A program made the translations under genes and the position numbers. From a virus (Duplodnaviria; Caudoviricetes), in IMG/VR virus record IMGVR_UViG_3300033067_000179, positions 1 through 49,305 of that record: a stretch of 49,305 bases of DNA. One strand, 5' to 3'. Positions 27,759-37,397 of this stretch are shown here, piece by piece. The notes under the pieces are model-generated. The model made no database searches and was not told the origin of the DNA. It saw only the letters and a program-made list of their open reading frames with translations. Numbering within the stretch: position 1 is the first letter of the stretch; each line of letters opens with the position of its first letter.

Positions 27759-29000
27759 TTACGAGAAGAAAGTCTTCATAATATTGTTGTAAATATCATC
27801 TGTTGATTGCCTCGAACCTCCAAACAACCCAGATGTTGCTTCCCTAGCTGCAAAGCCAAGGTTAGAGTTAGCTTGATTAACAACCCCAAGTCCTTTAGAA
27901 GTGAGATCGCCCTCGATCCCCGCAGCAGTACTTGGCGATTGGTACAGACCAGCCGCTTTAAGGTTGGCGTCATAATTAGGATTAAAGATCGATTGCATAC
28001 TACGATTAGTCACGGTGTCAGCAATCTGGTTGACTCCAGAACCAGAGTTGTTAAATCCTCCAGCCGCAGCTTTACGAGCGGCTTCGTCGGTAAACTGACC
28101 AATCATAGGCTTCCAGTATTGGTTCATGTATCCCTGTGGATCATCACGCATTTGGCGAGCAATCGGCAGCCACTCGTCCCACGGACGTTTGTATTTATCG
28201 GCAATCTCTCCAGCCTTAGTGAAGTACTTATCGGCGAGATCATCAGTCATTTTGTAGCCAATAAGACCACCAAGGATTTTGCCCCAATCTAAGCCCCCAG
28301 TTCCGGTTGGAGCAAACAGACTATTACCATTTCCAAATAAACTTCCAGCCGCAGGACCAAGAATAGAACCAAGTAATTGACTCATGCCCGGAGGTAGGTT
28401 AGGCCAACCACTGCTATTTGGAGTTGGTGTTCCAACTTCAGGAGTACCTCCCTCCCACTGAGACATCCAATCAGCGCTCGAGTCTTGTGCCCACCAGTCG
28501 GCTAAATCTCCAGATGGTTGCACAACTCCATCCACTGTTGTACCAGCAAATCGTGGATCCGCATTCCAAGCCATTTCAGCTCCTCCCCCAGTAGCAGCAG
28601 CAGCGGCCCCAGCCGCATCCCCACCAAGTCCAGCAGGTCCAAATCCCCAACCAGCCTCAGTCATTCCGGATGTAGCAGCAGGTAATCCACCACCCGCTCC
28701 TGCAACTCCGTACGCGCCAAGCGCGGCGAGCAGAACCGGCAAGCCACCAAACTCATCACCACCAACAGGCGGCGTGAGCCAGCTCATATCAAACTCTGCA
28801 TTCGGATTGCTAAAATCAAAATCCACCGGGGCCTGACTTAAAAGACCACGTAAAATTTGTCTCCCAGTCCCTTGACCATGCCCAATAGAAATGTCCATAT
28901 TGGTAGGAAAGTCGTATCCGGGAGAAGTAATCCCAGCACCGTCCTCTCCACCACCATAACGAGTTCCTAAGTGCTGATTCCAAAGTTCTTGTAAAGTCAT
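27759..29000 (-). CDS. Gly-rich putative ejection / DNA pilot protein
   Basis: Gly/Ala-rich hydrophobic segments, AAAGG...SG motif, position after tail genes. Confidence 0.65.
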   Translation of the reverse strand: MTLQELWNQHLGTRYGGGEDGAGITSPGYDFPTNMDISIGHGQGTGRQILRGLLSQAPVDFDFSNPNAEFDMSWLTPPVGGDEFGGLPVLLAALGAYGVAGAGGGLPAATSGMTEAGWGFGPAGLGGDAAGAAAAATGGGAEMAWNADPRFAGTTVDGVVQPSGDLADWWAQDSSADWMSQWEGGTPEVGTPTPNSSGWPNLPPGMSQLLGSILGPAAGSLFGNGNSLFAPTGTGGLDWGKILGGLIGYKMTDDLADKYFTKAGEIADKYKRPWDEWLPIARQMRDDPQGYMNQYWKPMIGQFTDEAARKAAAGGFNNSGSGVNQIADTVTNRSMQSIFNPNYDANLKAAGLYQSPSTAAGIEGDLTSKGLGVVNQANSNLGFAAREATSGLFGGSRQSTDDIYNNIMKTFFS

Positions 29001-29006
29001 AGGTCG

Positions 29007-29393
29007 TTAACCCTCGTAAATTCCAAAAAGTGTAAAAGTATTTCCAGAAGCAGCTTGTGTTGCTAGATAGCATCTAGAGTTTGTTGTATCAATGTGGCAA
29101 GTACCTACCGCAGTATTGTCGGTCTTATTTGTCATTACAGCCATTCCGGATAATCCTTTTGCAGCAACAGGTAAAGTCATGTAAGTAGTCCCAGCAGTAG
29201 AGGCAATACTTGTTGCAGCGGAAAACTGAACTTGGAATTCTACAGCCCTACCAACCTTCCGATATTTACCACTATAGGAGGTAGCTCCCACAACAGTAAG
29301 ACTCGTAAACGTAGGAGTAAACGACTCCCATTTATCTTGTCCAGCAGCGTCTCGCTGTGAAAATCGTTGAAGTTCATTCAACATCCACCTCAA
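29007..29393 (-). CDS. putative tail component (beta-rich)
   Basis: W..FTPT, G.Y.KVGR.V, TLPV patterns. Confidence 0.6.
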   Translation of the reverse strand: MRWMLNELQRFSQRDAAGQDKWESFTPTFTSLTVVGATSYSGKYRKVGRAVEFQVQFSAATSIASTAGTTYMTLPVAAKGLSGMAVMTNKTDNTAVGTCHIDTTNSRCYLATQAASGNTFTLFGIYEG

Positions 29394-30897
29394 TAGATTC
29401 TAATCTTAACGGAGAGTTTGATGTGTTTACAAACTTAAAAGCACGTCTCCGGAAAGATCCTAATTGTTTGATATAAGCTCGCTCATCTGAAAGATCTACT
29501 TGCCGTGCCGTTGACCATGTTTGATAATCATCATCTGACCATGTAATATCCACTGGCGTTGAATCATTTTGTTGATCTCCGACCAATTCCAATCTGGACA
29601 TAAACTTTCTGTACATGGTTCCATTATCAAACTTAGAGGTCTGAATTGTAACAGTATAGTTTGATCCATCATCCTGAAACACAGGAGAGGCAGGGTTAAT
29701 TCGGTAGACTTTCCCACTTGTAGACTCCCGGCTAATCGAATACATTACGTTGGTTGCTTTTGTGTTCCCAGCAAATCTGTACCATAATCTAGCATTACCA
29801 GATGTCCACTCATGCCACATATTGTCTTCTTCCACATACACATAGGTTTGTCCAGAACCAGTCTGGACAAAGACAAACGTTTTACCAAAGATTTTAGCGG
29901 CTGATACATCTAAGGTTCCACCATACGCCAGAGCGATTTGGGCCTCTACGAATGGCGTACTAACACGCTTAGGAGTATTCCCATCCATTGTGTATACAGC
30001 AAACGAACCAATATCCGTTGAAGCTACCCAATACAACGAATCCTCAAGTTGGGTCATAGCACGGCTAGAAAGGCAGCCAATACGATGGAATCCTTGCTCA
30101 ACCCGGGCTAATGGAGAGCCAATAGCATTTCCGGCATTGTAGAACATTTCAACGGTTTCCGAGCCAAAAGCAAGAATATACTGCTTGTATCGGATTAGAC
30201 CGATCCCCATATCCGGATACATCTGAGCTTTAATGTTGTTTCCAGATGTCCACGCCGACACAGAGTTTAAGTCTGAGTTATAGATATACCCAGACGAGTC
30301 CATAATAAATGCGTAACCATCAAGATGGGCAAAAGTACCCACGTTAGCACTTGGGAAATCTACGTCCGTAATTTGAGTCATTGCCCCACCATCGGGGTAA
30401 TAATATGCGGTTCCGTTTTCACACGGAATTACTAAGGTAGTAGTGCCAGTCGCCGATGTTTCGGTAATGTCTCGAGCCACGCTTGCAAGAGTCCCTAACG
30501 ACGTAGTTCCATTATAGATATTACTTGTTGTAGTACCAAAAGCACTGATTACGTCTGTCCCGGCCCCCTTACCTGCCCAGATATGAATAGCTGTCCCACC
30601 ATGCCCGGAACGAGGTGTATTTACAGACTCGAATCCCGGCCGTTTAGTACAATAGAACGTTTGTTTGCCTGTGAGGGGGTTTTCAAGTTTCTCAGTAAAG
30701 CAGTTCACGTACCGTTGATCTTTTGACGATTGCGAAATCGAACCAACAATCATAAGACCAACAATCCCCAAGCCAACAATTCCGCTTGTGGAAGGAGTGC
30801 CAATTAGGTCAGTAAATGTCCGGTTATTGTATGTCCCTGCTAACGGAATCCGTAATGGTTCCGCTGCATTAAGGGCAGACGATTTACTCAGGGGCAT
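29374..30897 (-). CDS. tail nozzle / packaged-DNA stabilisation protein (P22 gp10-like)
   Basis: KRPG, DGY.I, FG..T.E.FYNAG, WSDD...TWS, LGSFRRRAF. Confidence 0.82.
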   Translation of the reverse strand: MPLSKSSALNAAEPLRIPLAGTYNNRTFTDLIGTPSTSGIVGLGIVGLMIVGSISQSSKDQRYVNCFTEKLENPLTGKQTFYCTKRPGFESVNTPRSGHGGTAIHIWAGKGAGTDVISAFGTTTSNIYNGTTSLGTLASVARDITETSATGTTTLVIPCENGTAYYYPDGGAMTQITDVDFPSANVGTFAHLDGYAFIMDSSGYIYNSDLNSVSAWTSGNNIKAQMYPDMGIGLIRYKQYILAFGSETVEMFYNAGNAIGSPLARVEQGFHRIGCLSSRAMTQLEDSLYWVASTDIGSFAVYTMDGNTPKRVSTPFVEAQIALAYGGTLDVSAAKIFGKTFVFVQTGSGQTYVYVEEDNMWHEWTSGNARLWYRFAGNTKATNVMYSISRESTSGKVYRINPASPVFQDDGSNYTVTIQTSKFDNGTMYRKFMSRLELVGDQQNDSTPVDITWSDDDYQTWSTARQVDLSDERAYIKQLGSFRRRAFKFVNTSNSPLRLESIEVDVE

Positions 30898-31843
30898 ACT
30901 CAGTTCCTACCTCAAAGAACACAGAGCCATACTCAGTATCCGATTCTTTCGCTTGGTCGAGAATCATCCCCGGGCCGTATACCTCTTTCCACAGGGCAGC
31001 TCGTTCATCTTTAGGTACTCCATAGTCGGGAGCAAGTTCATATGCAAGCCCCCAAATAAGTGCCCTAATCCACGATTGCGGAAAATCGGGAGTATCCGTA
31101 GCCGAATCAAAATCTTCAAATGGTCGTTGGATAGTGAGTTCAATAACTCGATCCCCATCTACAAATCGTGGGAAGAAACTTAGAGTTCCCGAGGAGAGTT
31201 GAGCATCGTAGTACACTTGGTTAGGAACACCCTCAGACGATAGATTACCAAGGCTGTAGTAAGTGTCTCGACCAACCATGTTAATCTTGTACCGATTTCC
31301 AAGGCCCGGATTCACTACATACGCATTAATAACTCGCAACGGCTTATTCAGCTTCGTCTGATAAATATAGACATCAGCATCGGTATCCACATCCCCAGTT
31401 AACGCTGAAGTAAGAGTCACAACCGAACCTGCTGGAGCACCGTTTACAGTAGTCCAGTGCATAGTTCCATCGTCCATTTCAACACCAATGTAGTATCCAT
31501 TAGAGATTCCAGTAGTCGAATCAACCGTAATAGTACTACCTCCACTGGACGAAGCAGCGGATGTATTCGTGTGTGTATAGGAGAGGGTTGCATGACCTCC
31601 AGTAGCGGATAATGTTACAGCGGAGGTATTAGAAACTGGTAACACATAAGCTTGGCTCGTTGCCCAAAGTGGCATTCCAATACCATGCCACGCTTTAACA
31701 AGAGCATTAAAAGCAATAGCGGCTTCTGAGACTTGGGTAGCATTGGGAGTTTCCCCCTGCCCAATAGCCTCAATCTTTTGTAAAGCGGCTTTAATGATTT
31801 GATCTCTATTGAGTTCAAAATCTACAGAGGCGCTGGTAGTCAT
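30884..31843 (-). CDS. head-tail adaptor (P22 gp4-like)
   Basis: II..AL.KI...G.GETP; DFPQ.W..AL.W.LA.ELAP.YG. Confidence 0.75.
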   Translation of the reverse strand: MTTSASVDFELNRDQIIKAALQKIEAIGQGETPNATQVSEAAIAFNALVKAWHGIGMPLWATSQAYVLPVSNTSAVTLSATGGHATLSYTHTNTSAASSSGGSTITVDSTTGISNGYYIGVEMDDGTMHWTTVNGAPAGSVVTLTSALTGDVDTDADVYIYQTKLNKPLRVINAYVVNPGLGNRYKINMVGRDTYYSLGNLSSEGVPNQVYYDAQLSSGTLSFFPRFVDGDRVIELTIQRPFEDFDSATDTPDFPQSWIRALIWGLAYELAPDYGVPKDERAALWKEVYGPGMILDQAKESDTEYGSVFFEVGTEYAPE

Positions 31844-32082
31844 TTAATAAAATGCTCCTTAATTACAGTAAACAAAAACACAACTAATGTTACAGCTCCC
31901 CAACCAAGTACATGAGCCTTAGCCTTCTCCCAGAGTTCTTGTTTTCGTTGTTCCTTCTTCATCCACGCCTGCACAAATTGGTGGGCATCTGATGTCATGT
32001 GCTTGTCAATAGCATCATCTAAGAGTTCTTTGACATCTTCTTTAGTTAGGAAATTTTGCCGTCTTTCAACTTGACCACTCAT
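31840..32082 (-). CDS. small protein with C-terminal TM helix
   Basis: ERR start, coiled segment, hydrophobic C-terminus. Confidence 0.6.
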   Translation of the reverse strand: MSGQVERRQNFLTKEDVKELLDDAIDKHMTSDAHQFVQAWMKKEQRKQELWEKAKAHVLGWGAVTLVVFLFTVIKEHFIK

Positions 32083-32369
32083 TGAAGTCCCTCTCGTTTT
32101 GCAGCCCCTTCACAATGTCCGGGATCAATAGTGTTTAAAAGAGTACAGAGCCATTTACAAAGGAAACAATTACTTTTCCCACATTCAGCACTTACGGTAT
32201 ATTCCCCACTCCAACCAAGTAAAGCTGCCATTACTTTATCAAGAAGTTTTAAGAGTTTCTTTGCATATTCCCAATCAATAAAGGTAGCAACAAAAGAAAC
32301 CGGAATTGCAATAAGTGCGGCAATACTAAAAGGAAGCCATAGTACCAATAAAACAACTAAGAGTTTCAT
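32079..32369 (-). CDS. membrane-associated hypothetical protein
   Basis: N-terminal TM; TVSA.CG...LC..L..IDPGHC. Confidence 0.65.
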   Translation of the reverse strand: MKLLVVLLVLWLPFSIAALIAIPVSFVATFIDWEYAKKLLKLLDKVMAALLGWSGEYTVSAECGKSNCFLCKWLCTLLNTIDPGHCEGAAKREGLQ

Positions 32370-32743
32370 GGTAATCTCTGTGCGCGCAGCGCCTTGATCT
32401 GGTCGTCGAGCGCCTTCACGTTCTGCATACCGGCGGTGAGCATGAGGTCTGGACCGCCCTGCTGCTTTGCGATCAAGGCCATGCCGAGCATGAACTCGCG
32501 CACGCCACGGACGTACCCCGGCCGCGCGGCCTCCAGCGCAGCGATCTGCCGGTCGATCCCGGCGTTGTGCTCGATCTTCGCCACGTCCACGGCGTCGAGT
32601 TCTTCCTGCGTCGGGCGGGGGCCGAGCTTCGCTTCGTCCCAGTGTGCGATGTAGGGGCCGGAGCCGTCGTCCTGCACCCGGTAGTCCGCGAGGGGGTTAG
32701 CGTTGGGGTAAAGGTGTCTGAGGATCAGGCCGAGGTTGTTCAT
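32366..32743 (-). CDS. tail fibre assembly chaperone (XkdW-like)
   Basis: LYP.A.P..DY.VQDDG.GPYIA.W...LGP.PT..EL; follows fibre gene. Confidence 0.75.
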   Translation of the reverse strand: MNNLGLILRHLYPNANPLADYRVQDDGSGPYIAHWDEAKLGPRPTQEELDAVDVAKIEHNAGIDRQIAALEAARPGYVRGVREFMLGMALIAKQQGGPDLMLTAGMQNVKALDDQIKALRAQRLP

Positions 32744-33912
32744 ACGCCCCCCTGCGAGATGCGATGCCCCGTAAGGTACGAGTTCCCGCCTACGGCAATA
32801 CTGTTCGGTGAGTTATAAACGTACCCTTCCAGATAGTCGGAGGTTCCGTTCATGACTACCGCCACCGTTGTGTGCGCCCCTGTGGCAGCCGCCGTGCTGT
32901 TCGCGTTATAACTTTGCGTGTAGATACCGCCGTTCTTGTAGATGTAGCCGATCAGTTGCCCGGCGGAATCCGTTCCAATGCCAACATTTGCGGAGCAGTA
33001 GTACACGCCAGCGACGTTTGGTTGATACCTGTAATTCGTTACGCTGTCGTATACAGAATCGAAGTCAAAGTGCTCTGTACCGTTTTGGACCTTTGTTTGT
33101 GTGGCCGCCCCCGTGTTGCCTCCGTTGCAGTAGGCGAAGAACGCGCAACTCGGAATCACGAACGGAGCTTGGTCGATCTGCGTGATGGCCGCCGCCCACG
33201 TTCCCGCAGTCGTCTGCGTCGAGAGCATCTTCGCCACGCAGATCCACGGCACGTTGCTGCGCGCCGTCGTAGAGTAGACACCCGTGGCCGAGTCCGCTGC
33301 ACCCGCGCCACCTTCTGCCGTAGTGCTGACGAGACGCGCCTTGCCGAACACGCCGGGGTAGTCGGGCGGCAGATTGGACACCGCAAGCTCAGCGGTGCCG
33401 GAGTTGTTGATAAGGTAGACGAAAATGTGCTGCGCGATGGCGCTTGCGTGGCCGAGCGTCGAACCGCTCGACACGACCACCGAGAGGGCCGAAGTGATCG
33501 CCACGACGTCGAACCCGGAGTCGGTCAGCGTGGCCTTGCGGAACAGCACGTAGACCGGATTGGTACTAGACGGATCGTTGCCGTCGTCGCCTTTTACTGC
33601 AATAGTAAGAGCATTTGACCCCACACTAGTACTAATCTTACCATTGATAAGTAAGCCTTGTCCAAACGGCATGGATTTTGCCATAGCTGTAATAAGACGA
33701 AGTTTTTTACCTGTAGCAGCACTAGCATCATAAGCTGGGACAAAATCTGCAATTTTATCTGGCGACGTGTCTTCCGTTAACCCAGAAACAAGAGCACCGG
33801 CAGCAGCGGGCTTATCAGTAGGATCGCCAAAGATCGTATAATGAAGTCGGTTGACATCATTAAACCAGTCCGCATCTGTTAGTGTTACACCATTAGTAAA
33901 AGTAGTATCCAT
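32740..33912 (-). CDS. tail fibre / receptor-binding protein with C-terminal C1q-like beta domain
   Basis: FD...YDS.TNYRYQP.VAG.Y, IYKNG, MNG..DYLE.Y. Confidence 0.75.
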   Translation of the reverse strand: MDTTFTNGVTLTDADWFNDVNRLHYTIFGDPTDKPAAAGALVSGLTEDTSPDKIADFVPAYDASAATGKKLRLITAMAKSMPFGQGLLINGKISTSVGSNALTIAVKGDDGNDPSSTNPVYVLFRKATLTDSGFDVVAITSALSVVVSSGSTLGHASAIAQHIFVYLINNSGTAELAVSNLPPDYPGVFGKARLVSTTAEGGAGAADSATGVYSTTARSNVPWICVAKMLSTQTTAGTWAAAITQIDQAPFVIPSCAFFAYCNGGNTGAATQTKVQNGTEHFDFDSVYDSVTNYRYQPNVAGVYYCSANVGIGTDSAGQLIGYIYKNGGIYTQSYNANSTAAATGAHTTVAVVMNGTSDYLEGYVYNSPNSIAVGGNSYLTGHRISQGGV

Positions 33913-34208
33913 TAGCTCAGACTCATGTTAAAAGTACCAGTTGGAATTGTAGTTTCTTGAGTTCCAGTAGATTCCGAAATATAGGAAACAGTTTGAAAAT
34001 CATCTGTAGTTTTTTCTGGGCGGGTAAATGGCAACGGCCCAGACTCAGCCCTGCCCTTTAAAAAGTCTTGTGGGTGTCTTGGTTCCCAACACCGATCACA
34101 CACCATGAAACCAGTCCATTCTTTTTTTAGATCAGTATTTTTGAGTTTACGGAAGCATCTATCACAGATGACATTCCATTTGCCTAACTCAAGTCTTGTG
34201 TTATTCAT
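33912..34208 (-). CDS. Zn-binding virion-morphogenesis protein
   Basis: ICDRC...KEWTG.MVC..CWEPRHPQ. Confidence 0.75.
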   Translation of the reverse strand: MNNTRLELGKWNVICDRCFRKLKNTDLKKEWTGFMVCDRCWEPRHPQDFLKGRAESGPLPFTRPEKTTDDFQTVSYISESTGTQETTIPTGTFNMSLS

Positions 34209-34449
34209 TAATAATTACGATGGTAGATCCACCGCCCCCAACTGTAGGAACTAGTGTTCCGGTTAAATAAGATTGTTGTTCAAATTGTCCCGGACCATAA
34301 ATAGTACCCGTTCTAACATCATCTATATCAGGAAATCTATGATGTGAGTGGTACGGTGTAGGTGTATCCCGTAAAACAACTGTTGTCGGTGTTGCGTGCT
34401 GTACCCGAAGTACTACTTTAGAGAAATTTGGGTAATTAATGTAAGCCAT
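34201..34449 (-). CDS. hypothetical structural protein
   Basis: DVRTGT.YG...TGTL motif; TAATG coupling. Confidence 0.6.
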   Translation of the reverse strand: MAYINYPNFSKVVLRVQHATPTTVVLRDTPTPYHSHHRFPDIDDVRTGTIYGPGQFEQQSYLTGTLVPTVGGGGSTIVIINE

Positions 34450-34991
34450 TACGTACCATCAATATTAGTTGGAATTAAGGTATTAGCTGTTGCTCCACTC
34501 CTATCTGGACTTCCTGATAAATAAGCAACCACATAATGGGCAACTCCGGGATATTGTGTAGGGATATCAAAACTTCCGTCTTCTCGAGATTGTACTTCAT
34601 AACCACCATAAGCATCATCGGAGGTTCTGAAAGCATGAATATCAGCACCCGATAATGGGGCATCAGATGTGTCTACAGCCATCCCTTTGATGAACTTCAA
34701 GGTCTGTGTACCCTCTCCGTCGCAGGAATAAGGTTCAAATAAATCTTTCATCGAGAGATCATACCAACTTGCCCCATCACTACCAATAGGGGAGCCAGCT
34801 CCTACACGACAACCGAACGACCAGAGTGAATACCAGCAGTTCTTGTCCTTCCACGTCTTAGGTGCTCTGCATTGCCATTGCCATCTAGGATCGTGCCGGC
34901 TTTCGTCGAAAGCCGGTTGTAACGTAGCAGGTTGAGCAGAGAATCCTCCACCAGTTGCCCCGACTGTGCCAAACCTTAATTGAACTCCCAT
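34449..34991 (-). CDS. hypothetical structural protein, C-terminal beta-sandwich
   Basis: coupled ORF in structural arm. Confidence 0.65.
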   Translation of the reverse strand: MGVQLRFGTVGATGGGFSAQPATLQPAFDESRHDPRWQWQCRAPKTWKDKNCWYSLWSFGCRVGAGSPIGSDGASWYDLSMKDLFEPYSCDGEGTQTLKFIKGMAVDTSDAPLSGADIHAFRTSDDAYGGYEVQSREDGSFDIPTQYPGVAHYVVAYLSGSPDRSGATANTLIPTNIDGT

Positions 34992-35278
34992 TACATTACA
35001 TCCGCAATTTCGTTTCGGGCAGCAATTAATTTTTGCTCTTCCGGAGTTCTATAAAGGGCTGTATCATAGCCGGGAACAACTAATTTATGCCCGGTTTCTA
35101 ATTTTCGACGTGCTTGTTGGGACATTAAATAGTCTCGAGCAGAATCAAGCATTTTCAGGATGTAATCTTCATCCGTAATTGTTCCACTGATTGCCATATT
35201 CATCCCACGAGTTAACGTAATAGTTACAGAAGCAACTACAGGATCTCCATGAAGATCATCTAAAGTTTGCCTTTTCAT
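34991..35278 (-). CDS. hypothetical protein
   Basis: ATG 35278 in ATGA overlap with upstream small ORF. Confidence 0.6.
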   Translation of the reverse strand: MKRQTLDDLHGDPVVASVTITLTRGMNMAISGTITDEDYILKMLDSARDYLMSQQARRKLETGHKLVVPGYDTALYRTPEEQKLIAARNEIADVM

Positions 35279-35436
35279 GTCGTACGTTCCCAAAAAACTA
35301 CCCACAAAGGGGAAGCTTCTTCTGTTAAAAAGGGATGAATTACAGCTTGCACAAAATTCCAGCCCTCTGAAGAACGAATAGCAAGTCTCTCATCCAAATA
35401 AGAATCAACAACCTGCTCACGAACACATTCAATCAT
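35275..35436 (-). CDS. small hypothetical protein (53 aa, below ORF-track cutoff)
   Basis: hand translation MIECVREQVVDSYLDERLAILSSEGLEFCASCNSS...WERTT; ATGA overlaps at both ends. Confidence 0.5.
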   Translation of the reverse strand: MIECVREQVVDSYLDERLAIRSSEGWNFVQAVIHPFLTEEASPLWVVFWERTT

Positions 35437-35864
35437 TCGTCAACCACCGCATGAATATCCACAACAGCGCTATTAGCAGTAATATTCCATGCAACTAAGG
35501 CTTGTCCACCGGCGGGGAGTACAATTCCTCGCGGGAACGTAAATACCGCCGCCGCCCCAACAAGAGCGGCTAGTGAAAATTTTCGGAAGAATTGAGTAGG
35601 AACAGTGGGCGCAGTGCCGAACGCAACAGCGCCCTGTGTAACTCCAGTCGGTCGCCCTTCATCTTCGGCCAAGAATGCAACACCACCCGTAAGGGTCGGG
35701 GTGTTGGCAGATCGACCAAAGCCAACAACGCACGCAGTCGCGGCGCCATTGAAATATCCCCATTCCATACAAGCTGCTTCGTTTGTAGCAGGAGAAAGGA
35801 AAGCATGACTTGCGGCGGCAATAGTAGTTACTGTAGTACGTTGTGCTAAAGAATAAATAGCCAT
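35433..35864 (-). CDS. putative virion structural protein
   Basis: AAGGA RBS; Ala/Thr-rich beta protein. Confidence 0.7.
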   Translation of the reverse strand: MAIYSLAQRTTVTTIAAASHAFLSPATNEAACMEWGYFNGAATACVVGFGRSANTPTLTGGVAFLAEDEGRPTGVTQGAVAFGTAPTVPTQFFRKFSLAALVGAAAVFTFPRGIVLPAGGQALVAWNITANSAVVDIHAVVDE

Positions 35865-35874
35865 CTAAATTCCT

Positions 35875-36498
35875 TTAAGTTGTTTCCGTGTATTCAATAC
35901 TAACATGAACGGTTTGGGTTGTAGATAAATTAACAATGAGTGCATTGTTAATTCCACCATCTAAATAACGTTGACCCGCTCCAATATTTCGTGCCCAAAT
36001 AGCTCCAGCTTTTAAGGAGACTTTATAAAGTGTCGATCCCCCAACGGTAAATTTTACAATAACAGTAACATCAGCACTATTTGCTCCATCAGCAGAAAGA
36101 CATAAATAACCAAGACGTACCCGATTACTTGCTGTTGGTGTATGAATTGTAGTATCTCCAGAGGCACTCGCTGTTACTGATTTAGCTAATGTTGTAGTAT
36201 CCGGAATATCAACAGTTAAAGAGCCTCCATTATCTGTTACAGGGTATGTTGATGGGAAGTTATTAACCCCCACTGTACCATCAACTGTAAGACTTCCGCC
36301 GTTATCATCAACACTAATTGGCTCATTTAATGTCGCTGAGACAGTACCAGAAACAGGTACAGGGGTGGCCCGTAACTCTGCATCAGTTAATCCACCGCCT
36401 GTACTTGAAACAACATTAACCCGAACGGCATCGTTTACATCATCAATAATTGCATCACCATTTGGGGTTTTAATGTCCTTGATGATGTCACGAGCCAT
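35875..36498 (-). CDS. putative virion structural protein with internal repeats
   Basis: GLTDAELRATPVPVSG and two DNGGSLTVD repeats. Confidence 0.7.
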   Translation of the reverse strand: MARDIIKDIKTPNGDAIIDDVNDAVRVNVVSSTGGGLTDAELRATPVPVSGTVSATLNEPISVDDNGGSLTVDGTVGVNNFPSTYPVTDNGGSLTVDIPDTTTLAKSVTASASGDTTIHTPTASNRVRLGYLCLSADGANSADVTVIVKFTVGGSTLYKVSLKAGAIWARNIGAGQRYLDGGINNALIVNLSTTQTVHVSIEYTETT

Positions 36499-36500
36499 TA

Positions 36501-36902
36501 TTAATCCTTCTTACGAAGATACAAAGTAATAGAGGCTTTATCTCCCGCAGTATGTCCAACGGTAGTCGCCACAATATCCCCAGTACCTCCTGCCGAATTA
36601 GGATCAATAAATCCTTGATACTTTCCTTTTTGGGTGAAATCAATTCGGTTATATCCCGATAACATAGCAATCTCGTCATCTGTAGCATGGTCAAATTCAA
36701 GAAGAATCTGCATTCCATCCACGTTATGCTCAATGCGTTCAATAACCAAACGACCCGGTTCAGTACCATCAGGACCAGTAAATGTACTACGATCCACAAG
36801 AATTGCATCTGTGGATCCTGTTCCATCCGAATAAATCTCAGCTTGTACAACAAGCCGACGAGGGCCGTTATATAAAGTAGTCAGGCTAACGGTATCAGCC
36901 AT
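36501..36902 (-). CDS. putative virion structural protein
   Basis: GGAGG RBS; SDGTG..D...VD.S, GTGDI..TT.G. Confidence 0.7.
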   Translation of the reverse strand: MADTVSLTTLYNGPRRLVVQAEIYSDGTGSTDAILVDRSTFTGPDGTEPGRLVIERIEHNVDGMQILLEFDHATDDEIAMLSGYNRIDFTQKGKYQGFIDPNSAGGTGDIVATTVGHTAGDKASITLYLRKKD

Positions 36903-37395
36903 GAGTCACTTCCTCCCAATATTTCGACATCGCAGCAACCGCTTGCCTCACTTTATTCTCTTGAGTACGAACAGCCGCTTCTTGTTTACTCAGTACTTGA
37001 GAACGAAGATCAAGGTTTTGGAGAAGGGTAGCATTAGCAAGTTTAGCATCTTCAACTTCCGCTCGAATTTGACGAGTCCCCTCAAATTCCCTTTTAAGCG
37101 CTTGGTAGCGTTGTTCCAATTCGGTTTCACGCTGCTTTAAATGATCTTTGGCTTTGGCTTCCTTCGCCGCCATATATTCGTCAAAGGCGGCCTTGTCCAC
37201 CGCAAGCTGGTCTTTTTCAGCTCGCAAAGCATCTTTCTGTGCCTCCAGTTCTTCCATTGTCTGGAATTTCTGAGTCTGCGCTGCAAGACGCTTTTCAGCG
37301 TCCTGCATTGCTTTCATTTTTTCAGTGTACTTGCCGTCGTCTTTAACGAGATCAACAAGTGCCATTAACTCACGGATATCCAGCTCTTTAGCCAT
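36895..37395 (-). CDS. coiled-coil hypothetical protein
   Basis: heptad-rich E/K/A/Q sequence. Confidence 0.7.
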   Translation of the reverse strand: MAKELDIRELMALVDLVKDDGKYTEKMKAMQDAEKRLAAQTQKFQTMEELEAQKDALRAEKDQLAVDKAAFDEYMAAKEAKAKDHLKQRETELEQRYQALKREFEGTRQIRAEVEDAKLANATLLQNLDLRSQVLSKQEAAVRTQENKVRQAVAAMSKYWEEVTHG

Positions 37396-37397
37396 GA

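Noticed and set aside
32872-33618. Long + strand ORFs over the tail fibre, and - strand ORFs over 47737..48469
   Set aside because: Antisense shadows expected in GC-rich, codon-biased genes
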